Source of the DNA: Candidatus Versatilivorator sp.
GTDB taxonomy: Bacteria; Acidobacteriota; Terriglobia; Versatilivoradales; Versatilivoraceae
Assembly: GCA_965207735.1 (NCBI GenBank)
Contig: OZ242296.1
Location: 1,952,001-2,016,000 of the forward strand
Direction: 5' to 3'
Length of the DNA stretch: 64,000 bases
In this document: positions 1 to 9,158 of the stretch, piece by piece
How the letters are laid out: every line of letters starts with the position of its first letter
How positions within the stretch are numbered: the stretch's first letter is position 1
The notes under the pieces: generated by a model
The model's input: only the letters and a program-made list of their open reading frames with translations
Database searches by the model: none
What the model was told of the DNA's origin: nothing
Program-made: the position numbers and the translations under genes

Positions 1-20
1 CTCCCGGTGAGACGTCCGGG

Positions 21-953
21 TCAGTGCACCTTCTCCGGGCTCATGATCTGCTCCAGGACGTCCATGCCCACCTGCCGGCTCCAGGCCTTGGTCAAGCGGT
101 CGAACAGCGGACCCGGTTTCCCGTCGGCGATGGTCAGCCCGTTCACCTTGGTGACCGGGGCGATGCCATAGGGAGTGGTGGCCAGGAAGGCCTCGTCGGC
201 GTTCACCACGTCGTGAACCTGAAGATTCTTCTCGATGAAGGGAATCTGCAGTTCCCGGCACAGCTCACTCGCGTTGAGCAGGCTGATGCCGCCCAGGATG
301 TTGCGGCTGGTGGGCGACAGCAGCCTACCGTTCTTGGCGATCAGGAAGTTGGCGCCGCTGGCCTCGCTGATGTTGCCGTCCAGGTCGAGCAGCACGGTGA
401 TGGCCTTGGGGTCGACCAGGCGAGCCTCCTGCTCCGCCAGCCACCAGTGCAGCCGGCTGCGGTTCTTGACCTTGGGATCGAGGCATTCGGGGGGCACGTG
501 CCGAATGGAGGGAATGACCACGTGGGCGCCCTCCCGAAACAGCGGTTGCCAGGTGGCGAACTGCATGGGATAGGTGTGGATGCAGAAGGTCGGCGCCTGG
601 TGCACCGCCCCCTCGGGCAGCCCGCCGTAGACGGCATTCTCCCCGGGGGTGATGAAGTAGACGACGGCCAGGTCGTCCGACTGGCCGATTCCCTGCAGGT
701 TGTGCTCCAGCAGCTCCAGGGTGACCTCGCGGGTCTCCTCATGAGTCAGCAGCGGCTGGATGCGGGCGTACTTGCAGGATGCATAGAAGCGGGTCAAATG
801 GTCGTCCAGGCGGAAGGGTTTGTGACCATAGGTCCGGACCAGGTCGGTCACGGTGGCCCCCAGGATGATGCCCCAGTCGTAGTAGGCAATCCTGGCTTGA
901 GAGGCCGGAACGATGGCGTCTCGAAAGTAGACGACGGGTTCGAAAGCCGGCAT
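21..953 (-). CDS. PLP-dependent aminotransferase class IV (branched-chain/D-amino acid aminotransferase family)
   Basis: 310-aa ORF; HLTRFYAS, KVKNRSRL (catalytic Lys), ISEASGANF, ILGGIS and DEAFLATT motifs typical of class IV aminotransferases. Confidence 0.85.
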   Translation of the reverse strand: MPAFEPVVYFRDAIVPASQARIAYYDWGIILGATVTDLVRTYGHKPFRLDDHLTRFYASCKYARIQPLLTHEETREVTLELLEHNLQGIGQSDDLAVVYFITPGENAVYGGLPEGAVHQAPTFCIHTYPMQFATWQPLFREGAHVVIPSIRHVPPECLDPKVKNRSRLHWWLAEQEARLVDPKAITVLLDLDGNISEASGANFLIAKNGRLLSPTSRNILGGISLLNASELCRELQIPFIEKNLQVHDVVNADEAFLATTPYGIAPVTKVNGLTIADGKPGPLFDRLTKAWSRQVGMDVLEQIMSPEKVH

Positions 954-993
954 GGCGTCCTCACTTTCTCACACAGTGGCGTTGGTTGGTTGT

Positions 994-1746
994 TCAGTAA
1001 CTGAGAAAGCCGCCGTCCACGATCAACGTGGTTCCGTGTACGAAGCTGGCGTCGTCGGAGGCCAGAAAGGCGGCGGCTCCCCCGATCTCCTCCGGCAGCC
1101 CGCGCCGAGCCAGCGGGGTTTTTCGAACATAGGTGCGGTCCACCCCCAGATCATCCAATTCCTGGCCGAGTTGCTGGTTCTTCTCGACCACGATGTCGCC
1201 CGGCGCGATGCCCACCACCCGGATGCCGTGGGAGGACAGGTCCAGGGCCATGGCCTTGGTCAGCCCCTCCATCCCGCCCTTGCTGGCGCAGTAGGCGGCC
1301 GCCCAGCTCTGGGCCGCATAGGCCCCGACCGAGGAGATGTTGATGATGACGCCCTGGCCGCGGGAGGCCATGTGGCGGGCGGCGAGCTGGGAGCAGAGAA
1401 AGGTCCCCTTCAGGTTCACATCCAGGATGTTGTCCCAGGCCTCCTCCGAACACTCCAGAAAAGGCGTGAGCGCGGGCAATCCGGTCACGGCGGCATTGTT
1501 GACCAGGATATCGATCTGCCCGTAGTGGCGGAGCGTCTCCTCGAACAGCCGCTCCACCTGAGGCCGGGAAGAGACGTCACAGGCCAGGGCCCGGCCACCC
1601 AGTTCTCCCGCCGTTCGTTCGGCCACCTCCAGGCGGCGTTGAGCCAGCATCAAGCGGGCTCCCTCGCGGGCGAAGCACTTGGCGATTCCCTTGCCGATTC
1701 CGGTGCCACCCCCGGTGATGACGGCCACCTTGTCCTTGAGTTTCAT
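994..1746 (-). CDS. SDR family NAD(P)-dependent oxidoreductase
   Basis: TGGGTGIG, NNAA, YCASK (YxxxK) and VDGG motifs. Confidence 0.92.
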   Translation of the reverse strand: MKLKDKVAVITGGGTGIGKGIAKCFAREGARLMLAQRRLEVAERTAGELGGRALACDVSSRPQVERLFEETLRHYGQIDILVNNAAVTGLPALTPFLECSEEAWDNILDVNLKGTFLCSQLAARHMASRGQGVIINISSVGAYAAQSWAAAYCASKGGMEGLTKAMALDLSSHGIRVVGIAPGDIVVEKNQQLGQELDDLGVDRTYVRKTPLARRGLPEEIGGAAAFLASDDASFVHGTTLIVDGGFLSY

Positions 1747-1819
1747 GGTGTCCTCTCCCGCAGCCTTTGTTCAGGCCAAGGTGGCGGCGGTTGCGCCTCC
1801 AAGGGCGGCTTCCCGCTCC

Positions 1820-2893
1820 TCAGGCTTCGGAAGCCAGGGCCGCGATGTTCTCGCCCGGGTAGATGCGGGGCGTGGCCCGCATCAGCATCAGCACACACTC
1901 GGCGGGTGCCGTGATCTCCTCGACCACCCTTCCATCCAGGCTGCGGATAATACCCAGCAGGTCTCCCCGGCGCACTCGCGCACCGATTTCCAGGGCGCCG
2001 AAAAACAATCCACCCTCCCGGCACTTGATGGCCACGTCCATGTCTCCGGATCCCCCCAGCAGCCAGGGCCGATAGCCCGCGGGTAGGCCCGCGCCCTCCA
2101 ATACCGTCATGTCGAGAAACTTCAACAGGTTGGCCAGCCCCTGGGTGTAGCAGTCCACGTCCTCGGGCCGCACGCGGCCGGCCCCATAGGCCTCGGTATA
2201 GAGAGAGGGGATGCCCAGCTCCAGGGTAGCCGAGAGGGTCCTCCCCGGAGACGTGTTGGGATGGGCCCAGACCACCGGGGCTCCAAAGGCGAGGGCTGCT
2301 TCCCGGGCGACGGCGGCCTGCTTTCCCAGCATGGAGTAACCGCAAAGCGTCAACATGTGATAGTTGCGCCCCGAACTGTGCAGGTCGATGTAGAAGCTGG
2401 CATGGCGCAACACCCGCTGCAGCACGGCCTGGGCCAGCCGCTGGCTGAAGCTGCCGTCGGCGCTGCCCGGAAACACCCGCGCCATATTGAGGGAGTCGAC
2501 GGGATTGCAGCGGATGCCGAGCCAGAAAGCCGTCAGGGTGACAATGGGCACGGCCACAAAAGTCCCGGTCAGTCTGGCGGGATCGAGGGCCTCATAGGTC
2601 CGGTAGATGGCTTCCATCCCCTCGTATTCGTCGCCATGAACCCCGGCCGTCACCACCAATGTGGGTCCGTCCTGGCGGCCCCTGGCCGTCAGGACCGGCA
2701 TCGACAGCCTCCGGCCATCGAACTGCAGGGCCATCTCGGCGGCGATGCGTTCTTCCGGGCAAAACCCGCTGGAGGCCAGAAAGCTCTGCCGGGCCAGGTC
2801 TCCCAGCCCCTCGGGCAGGTCCACCGAAAAGGAACGGATTTCCTTGGATTCCCTGGCGATGGCTTCGATGTCGAACTCGGGTGGTCGGCTCAT
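1820..2893 (-). CDS. Succinylglutamate desuccinylase/aspartoacylase-family (M14-like) deacylase
   Basis: C-terminal part of ORF 1820..3718, restarted at ATG 2893 (MSRPPEF); GVHGDEYEG, NMARVFPG and IDLHS zinc motifs. Confidence 0.85.
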   Translation of the reverse strand: MSRPPEFDIEAIARESKEIRSFSVDLPEGLGDLARQSFLASSGFCPEERIAAEMALQFDGRRLSMPVLTARGRQDGPTLVVTAGVHGDEYEGMEAIYRTYEALDPARLTGTFVAVPIVTLTAFWLGIRCNPVDSLNMARVFPGSADGSFSQRLAQAVLQRVLRHASFYIDLHSSGRNYHMLTLCGYSMLGKQAAVAREAALAFGAPVVWAHPNTSPGRTLSATLELGIPSLYTEAYGAGRVRPEDVDCYTQGLANLLKFLDMTVLEGAGLPAGYRPWLLGGSGDMDVAIKCREGGLFFGALEIGARVRRGDLLGIIRSLDGRVVEEITAPAECVLMLMRATPRIYPGENIAALASEA

Positions 2894-2985
2894 TGCCTTG
2901 ATCTTTCCCTTTGTGGTTTCGTGGATATCTTTTATCCCTTGGTGGATATCTCTTTCCCTGCTTGCCGGTCCGAGGCACTGCCTCG

Positions 2986-3978
2986 CTAGATTTCCTCCAG
3001 GGTTACCGGTACGCCCTGTCTCCAGGACTGAACAATGGCCTCGACAATACGCATGGACTGAATGGCCTCGCTGGCCGGGCTTTCGGGTGGACGGCGGCCC
3101 GCCACCGCTTCCAGGAAGGCCTGGTGCTCGTCGGCCATCAAGGGGTCCCGCTCCAGCTCGAAGGTGCGGACGGTTTCCGACTCGGTTTCGCGATTGCCCA
3201 GTCGCAGCGAGTTGGAGCGCATGTCGAAAAGAGCCCAGCCCCGATCCCCGATCACTTCGCAGGCGCCGCGGTCGGGATGCTGCACGTAGTTCATGTGAAT
3301 GGTGGCGATCAGCGGTTCCTCGTACTCCAGGGTGACGGCCATCAGGTTGGGATTGGATTGCAGCGGCAGTTCCCCGCCCCGGCAACCGGCGGCATAGACC
3401 CTGACCGGCATCTTCCCCAGCCACCAGTAATAGAGGTCGGGCTGGTGGGCATAGTCCATGGCGATGGCCCCCTCCACCTCGGCCTGGTGCCGGGAGATGG
3501 AGTTCATCAGGGTGAGATAGGTCCCCACGTGGAAGTGCAGCGAGAGGATGCGCCCGAAGGTTCCTTCCCGGATGAGCTCCTTCAGGTGTTGCATCACCGG
3601 ATGGAAGTGGTAGGTGAACCCCACGCTGAAGACCCGGCGACCGGCCTCGGCCGCCTCGAGCATTCGCTTGGCTTGAGCCAGGCTGTCGCTCATGGGCTTT
3701 TCGCAGAGCACGTGGCAACCGGCCTGGAGCGAGCGAATCGCCATTTCGGCATGCAATCGGTGGGGAGTGGCGATCACCACCATTTCCGGACGGGTGGACA
3801 GCAGGCTCTCGAAGGACCTATGGGTGGGAACCTCGCCCACTTCCCGCAAGGCCCGCTGCAGGTGGTCGGGATGAGATTCGCACAGCTCCACCGCCAGCTC
3901 CGGCCGGGCCGACAACACGCGGGCGTGCCGGCGTCCGATGGATCCGCAGCCGATCACTGCAATGCGCCTTTGGGCCAT
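2986..3978 (-). CDS. Gfo/Idh/MocA family oxidoreductase
   Basis: IGCGSIGRRH, IATPHRLH and HVLCEKP motifs. Confidence 0.9.
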   Translation of the reverse strand: MAQRRIAVIGCGSIGRRHARVLSARPELAVELCESHPDHLQRALREVGEVPTHRSFESLLSTRPEMVVIATPHRLHAEMAIRSLQAGCHVLCEKPMSDSLAQAKRMLEAAEAGRRVFSVGFTYHFHPVMQHLKELIREGTFGRILSLHFHVGTYLTLMNSISRHQAEVEGAIAMDYAHQPDLYYWWLGKMPVRVYAAGCRGGELPLQSNPNLMAVTLEYEEPLIATIHMNYVQHPDRGACEVIGDRGWALFDMRSNSLRLGNRETESETVRTFELERDPLMADEHQAFLEAVAGRRPPESPASEAIQSMRIVEAIVQSWRQGVPVTLEEI

Positions 3979-3997
3979 TCTCCGCCTGCCTTTCAGA

Positions 3998-5059
3998 TCA
4001 GATCTCGTCGACGTTGATGAGAGGCATGGAGGCGCCCTCCAGCATGGCGTCGATGGATTCCAGGTGCTTGAACCCGCCCCCGGTGACCAGGCACACCACC
4101 TTCTCGTCCGCCTTCACCAGCCCCTGGCGCATCGCCAGCTCCAGGCCGGACAGGGCGGTCGCTCCGGCAGGCTCGGTATAGATGCCTTCCTCCCGGATGA
4201 GGCGGCGCTGCCAGGAGTAGACGGCCTCATCGGACATCATCTGACCCGACCCCTGGCTGGCCAGCACCGCGTCCAGGGCCACCTGGGCGTCCAGCACGGC
4301 GGCCACCTGCAACCCGGAAATCTCACTGGTGCAGGTGACGGCCTGGGCGTGGGTCTCGTTCCTGCTCAGCGGCCCCACCACGGTAGCGCACCCCTGGGGC
4401 TGGGAGGCGTGCATCCTGGGAACCCGGTCGATGCGCCCCTCCTGAAACCACTCCCGGTACCCCTGATAACACTGGTAGAACAGGCCGCCCCCTCCGATGG
4501 GCCCGAAGACGTGATCGGGGGCGCCGCCGAGCTGCTCGCAGATTTCAAAGGAGATGGTCTTCACCCCAGCCATCTGCCGCGGACTGATGCAGGTGGCCGA
4601 GATCAGCAACACGGCCTCGCTGGTCCGGGCTCGGGCCTTGAGCCGTTCCACCACCGAGTTGGTCCCGGCCTCGGTGACCCCGAACTTCCTAACCCGGATC
4701 ACCCGGGCGCCGTAGGCCTCGGCCTGCACCAGCTTCGCGCGCGAAGCCGTCTCCAGAACATACAGGTCCAGCTCAAAGCCGAAGCGGGCCGCATAGGCGG
4801 CCAGGGCCGAGCCGGTATTGCCGGAGGAAGTGGCCAGCATCCGGTCGCGGTCCTCCTCGATCATCAATGAGGCGGCCATGCTGGCGAAACGGTCCTTGTA
4901 GGATCCCGAAGGATTCTGGAACTCCAGCTTGAAGTAGAGGTGGTCCAACCCCAGGGAGGGGCCGATCTGACGGCTGCGAACCAGGGCGGTGTCGCCCTCT
5001 CCCAGGGAAGCGATGTTGCTTCTGTCCTTCAGGGGCAGGTTGTCGAAATATTTCCACAT
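3998..5059 (-). CDS. Threonine synthase-like PLP-dependent enzyme (fold type II)
   Basis: SLGEGDTAL, NPSGSYKDR (PLP Lys), TSSGNTG, PIGGGG and EPAGA motifs; exact substrate uncertain. Confidence 0.85.
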   Translation of the reverse strand: MWKYFDNLPLKDRSNIASLGEGDTALVRSRQIGPSLGLDHLYFKLEFQNPSGSYKDRFASMAASLMIEEDRDRMLATSSGNTGSALAAYAARFGFELDLYVLETASRAKLVQAEAYGARVIRVRKFGVTEAGTNSVVERLKARARTSEAVLLISATCISPRQMAGVKTISFEICEQLGGAPDHVFGPIGGGGLFYQCYQGYREWFQEGRIDRVPRMHASQPQGCATVVGPLSRNETHAQAVTCTSEISGLQVAAVLDAQVALDAVLASQGSGQMMSDEAVYSWQRRLIREEGIYTEPAGATALSGLELAMRQGLVKADEKVVCLVTGGGFKHLESIDAMLEGASMPLINVDEI

Positions 5060-5502
5060 AGGGCTGGACTACGCGGGAGGGAGGGACCAGTCCCGGAGTC
5101 CCCGCCATCATAGAATTGCCGCCTGCCGCCATCAACTAAAAAAGACTGGAGCGGACGCTGCGCCACCGACCAAGGGCTCGGGAAACGGAGATATCCACGA
5201 AAGGAGTGATTAACTTTTTGGGAGGCCGTGTGTTCGGAGACGCAGCTCTTAAGCCGCCGCATGCGCGGCTAGGTTGGCGCAGAACTCATACGACCCCGGG
5301 CTTCCACCCGGGGCTACACGAGACCGCAGCTACGCTGCTCTATAAGGATGGCTTGCAGGAGACGTTTCCTCGGATGACCCACGCCAACCGCCGCATTCGC
5401 GGCTCTCCCCTAACGCACGACGCTGCGGTGTATAGGATTTTTCAATTGATTATCTCCGTGTGGCTGCTCCCCAATTTCGCGAAACGGCGTTCAAGAAACT
5501 CG

Positions 5503-5593
5503 AGTATCACTCCCCCCTTGAGAAGGAGTCGCAGAAGTCGAGCCGAATGGCGAAGGCTGATGCGGAGGGGGGCGGACGCGGCGCCGCGGGGGG
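5503..5593. repeat. Palindromic dispersed repeat family A (TCACTCCCCCCTTGAGGGGGAGTC core)
   Basis: Similar to the copies at 8483-8890, 13531-13610 and 42019-42148. Confidence 0.8.
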
Positions 5594-5667
5594 GGGGGCG
5601 ACCATGTGGCCCTCCTTGCTCCCCCAAAGCCTTTGGCATACTATTTCCGCAGGCGCCGGGAGAGCTC

Positions 5668-6483
5668 ATGAACGCGGACAGCTCCACATGGGACCGGATC
5701 GAAGTCAACGGTGTCCGACTGGCCTACTCTCTGTGGGGCCGGGGAGCCGGCGTTGTTTTCCTGCACGGCTGGATGTGCAACCGCTCCTTCTGGCAACGCC
5801 AGTGCCGGGAGCTGGCGGGCCGGAACTTCCGCTGCCTGGCCATCGACTTCCGCGGGCACGGCAACTCGGAAGCGCCCGCCGGGGGCTATACCATTGAGCA
5901 ACTGGCCGACGATGTGAGCGCCGTGATAGCGGCCCTGGAGTTCGGGCCGGCCGTCATCGTGGGTCATTCCATGGGCGGCATGGTGGCCCAGCACTTCTGC
6001 CTGGGACGGCCGGAGCAGACTGCCGCACTGGTTCTGGTGGCCACCATCGCCTCGGATGCGGAAGACCGGCTGATCTCGAAGAGAATCGCCTCCGATGCCA
6101 CCCGGATGGGCTTCCAACGTGCTTTCGACCGCCACTTCGACGCCTGGTTCGCTCCCGGCGTACCGGAGTCGGTCCGCGGCTGGGTCAAGATGCGGATGCG
6201 GTCCACCCCCGATGAGCTGGGGCTGGAACTGGTCGGCGCCTACAGCCGCTTCGACCTCACCGGCCGGTTGGGAGAGATTCGGCATCCCACCCTGGTGATC
6301 GGCACCCGATCGGACGACTCGGCCCCTCCCGGCCAGAGCCGCCGCCTGGCCGAACTGATCCCCGGCGCCCGACTGGCCCTGGTCGAGGACTGCGGACACT
6401 TCCCCATGCTGGAGAAACCGGAACTGCTGAGCCAAGCGCTGCTGCCCTTCCTGGAAGCGCAGGCCGGTTCCGGAGAGGATTGA
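5668..6483 (+). CDS. Alpha/beta fold hydrolase
   Basis: Start ATG 5668 within ORF 5206..6483; FLHGW, DFRGHG, GHSMGG nucleophile elbow and CGHFP motifs. Confidence 0.88.
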   Translation: MNADSSTWDRIEVNGVRLAYSLWGRGAGVVFLHGWMCNRSFWQRQCRELAGRNFRCLAIDFRGHGNSEAPAGGYTIEQLADDVSAVIAALEFGPAVIVGHSMGGMVAQHFCLGRPEQTAALVLVATIASDAEDRLISKRIASDATRMGFQRAFDRHFDAWFAPGVPESVRGWVKMRMRSTPDELGLELVGAYSRFDLTGRLGEIRHPTLVIGTRSDDSAPPGQSRRLAELIPGARLALVEDCGHFPMLEKPELLSQALLPFLEAQAGSGED

Positions 6484-7838
6484 CCATGCCGAACGGTCCC
6501 TGGCGTGAGGAGCACGACTTCCTGGGCCCGGTCCAGGTCCCGCGGGAAGCCCTCTATGGAGCCCAGACCCAACGCGCCCTGGACAACTTTCCCCTGTCGG
6601 GGGAGCGCTCCATCGGCGACTATCCGGCTCTGGTGGAGGCGCTGCTGCACATCAAGTGGGCGGCTGCCGAGGCCAACCGGACGGCCGGGTTCCTGGACGC
6701 CGAGGTCGCCGCGGCCATCGCTCGAGCGGTTCGGGAACTGATCGACGAAGGGGCCTGTCGCCATTTCCCCATCCATCGCTTCCACGGAGGAGGCGGCACT
6801 TCGGCCAACATGAACGCCAACGAGGTGCTGGCCAACCGGGCCGAAGAACTCCTGGGGGGGTGCCGGGGCCAATACCGGCGGGTCCATCCCAACGACCACG
6901 TCAACCTCCATCAGTCCACCAACGACGTCTACCCCACCGCTTGCCGCATGGCCGTGATGACTTGCTGGCCCTCGCTGGCCGAAGCCCTGAAAGGGCTGGG
7001 GCAGGTCTTGCGAGACTTGGCTTCACGGTTCGAGGACGAGCCCCGGGTGGCCAGGACCTGCCTTCAGGATGCGGTGGCCGTCACTTTCGGGGACCTGTTC
7101 GGAGGCTATGAAGCCACCCTTGCCCGAGCCGCCGGCCGGATCGCCCGCGACGTGGACGAGCTGCACGCCATTAACCTCGGCGGCACCATCGTGGGGCGCC
7201 CGCAGGATGCTCCCGAGGTTTACCGGGATCGGATCCTTCCCAGCCTGCGGGAAATCAGCGGCGACCCAGCCTACCGCTTGGCTCCCAACCTCTTCGACGC
7301 CGCCCAGAACCCGGACGGGATGGTGGCCGTCTCCTCCGGCCTGGAGCTGCTGGCCCGGGTCCTCATCAAGGTCGCCAAGGACCTGCGGCTGCTCAGTTCC
7401 GGCCCCGAGGCCGGCCTGGGAGAGATCCGGCTCCCCGCCGTTCAACCCGGCTCCTCCATCATGCCGGGCAAGGTGAATCCGGTGATTCCGGAGTTCGTCG
7501 TTCAGTGCTGCTTTCGGGTCATCGGAAACCATGCGGCTTGCGCCGGCGTCCTGGACCACGGCGAACTGGACCTGAACATCTGGGAGAGCATCCTGCTCTT
7601 CAATGTGCTGGATTCGATGGGCTTGCTGGCAAACGCCGCCCACACCCTGGCCGAGCGCTGCCTGGAGGGATTGACGGTGGTGCCGGAACGCAACCGGCGC
7701 AACACCGCCACCATCATTCCCCTGCTGACCGGTCTGGCGAAGGAGCGAGGCTACTCGGCGGTCAGCCGAGTGTGCCGGGAGGCCGGGGGAGACCCGCGGA
7801 AAATCCGAGAGTTGTTGAAGAAAGAAGGCTGGATATAG
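6480..7838 (+). CDS. Aspartate ammonia-lyase/fumarase class II family lyase
   Basis: YGAQTQRA, GGGTSANMNANEV, HQSTND and GSSIMPGKVNP signature; start may be ATG 6486. Confidence 0.88.
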   Translation: MTMPNGPWREEHDFLGPVQVPREALYGAQTQRALDNFPLSGERSIGDYPALVEALLHIKWAAAEANRTAGFLDAEVAAAIARAVRELIDEGACRHFPIHRFHGGGGTSANMNANEVLANRAEELLGGCRGQYRRVHPNDHVNLHQSTNDVYPTACRMAVMTCWPSLAEALKGLGQVLRDLASRFEDEPRVARTCLQDAVAVTFGDLFGGYEATLARAAGRIARDVDELHAINLGGTIVGRPQDAPEVYRDRILPSLREISGDPAYRLAPNLFDAAQNPDGMVAVSSGLELLARVLIKVAKDLRLLSSGPEAGLGEIRLPAVQPGSSIMPGKVNPVIPEFVVQCCFRVIGNHAACAGVLDHGELDLNIWESILLFNVLDSMGLLANAAHTLAERCLEGLTVVPERNRRNTATIIPLLTGLAKERGYSAVSRVCREAGGDPRKIRELLKKEGWI

Positions 7839-7911
7839 CCCGGAGGGCGGCGGGCCGAGATTCGCGGCCCCCCGCTCTTGCCGCCAGGCGGCTCAATCAG
7901 GAGAAAGCCCA

Positions 7912-8370
7912 ATGAAATCCCAAGACACATCCCCCGCCGAAGCCACCCGAGCACCGCAGGAAGAAACAAATCCAACGGAAATCGTGACCGTGCGCCCCAC
8001 CCGGGAGGTGATGTCCAAGCAGCGCCTTCCCTATTTCTTTGGAGTGTCGGAGGAAACTTCCGGAGCGCGGGGAATCTCCATGAGCCTGGTGGTCATCCCC
8101 CCCGGCGGAGCGGCCGAACCCCACTACCATCGAGGCTTCGAAACCGCCATCTACATGCTGGAAGGAAGTGTCGAGACCCGCTACGGAAAGGGGCTTCACC
8201 GAAAAGTCACCCACCGCCCGGGAGATTTTCTCTTCATTCCGCCCGGGGTGCCTCACCAACCGGTCAACCTCAGCGACCGGGAGCCGGCCAAGGCTATCGT
8301 GGCCCGCAACCATCCCAGCGCCAACGAGGAGGTGGTCTACTACGATCCGGATTCGGAGGATGTGGGCTGA
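7912..8370 (+). CDS. Cupin domain protein
   Basis: PHYHRGFETAIY and GDFLFIPPGVPHQP cupin motifs. Confidence 0.85.
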   Translation: MKSQDTSPAEATRAPQEETNPTEIVTVRPTREVMSKQRLPYFFGVSEETSGARGISMSLVVIPPGGAAEPHYHRGFETAIYMLEGSVETRYGKGLHRKVTHRPGDFLFIPPGVPHQPVNLSDREPAKAIVARNHPSANEEVVYYDPDSEDVG

Positions 8371-8482
8371 GGGGTCAGCGCCCTCGTACTCTTCCGTAAT
8401 GGTGCATCACGAGACCCGCCCGAAGCCCTTGTACGACGCCGCCAACAGGCCGCTGATATTCACGCACGGGGCGCCGAGTATG

Positions 8483-8890
8483 CCCCCCTCCGGATCGACT
8501 GCGGGCTGGCGCACCTTCGGGACGCCGAGTTTGCCCCCCTCCGGATCGACTGCGGGCTTCGCCCTTGTCTCTCCGACTCCCCCTCAAGGGGGGAGTGATA
8601 CTTGAGGCTTGCATGGGGCGCCTTGCCCGATTCCTGGGCGGGATGTAAACCATGTTCCCGGTCTAAAGTGTAAACGCCGTTCCCGGTTTGTACCCCGGAA
8701 TCACTCCCCCCTTGAGGGGGAGTCGCAGCCGAGCCGAATGGCGAAGGCTGATGCGGTGGGGGGTTCGCACAAGGCGAGCCAAAGGCGAGATCTTGTGCGC
8801 CGTAGCGGTAACCGCCGGCGTGCGTCGGTTGCGGTGGGGGAGTCGCAGAAGCCGAGCCGCCAGGCGAAGGCTGATGCCGTGGGGGGGCGG
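8483..8890. repeat. Cluster of family A palindromic repeats in both orientations (BIME-like)
   Basis: 8533-8662 is near-identical to 42019-42148; inverted copies follow at 8700-8760 and 8837-8890. Confidence 0.85.
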
Positions 8891-8917
8891 ACCGCACCTG
8901 AGACCCATATTTTTTAT

Positions 8918-9075
8918 GAACATGGATAGACAGGATGCACAGGATTATCAGCACGAGAGGTTGCTGCACCACAAGCCTGCTCGGGCGGCGATCCGCTACG
9001 GGTTGCGGATGCCCAGGATTACAGGACGCCGGACTCCCAAAACCAAATCCTGTATATCCTGTTAATCCATGTGAA
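8918..9075 (+). repeat. Dispersed repeat family B (CAGGATGCACAGGAT ... ATCCTGTATATCCTG)
   Basis: Imperfect inverted ends; homologous to 43783-43935 (reverse), to the split copy 52745-52797 + 57008-57070, and to fragments at 48610 and 52330. Confidence 0.75.
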
Positions 9076-9158
9076 TTATTCTTGTAAATCGCGAGTCGGG
9101 AATTGCACGCCCGAACCGCCAAGCGAAGGCAGATGGCGTAGGGGTGCCCCCCGGGGTC

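Noticed and set aside
1820-3718. 632-aa fusion protein
   Set aside because: The N-terminal 275 aa overlap the Gfo/Idh/MocA gene in another frame; the real start is probably 2893
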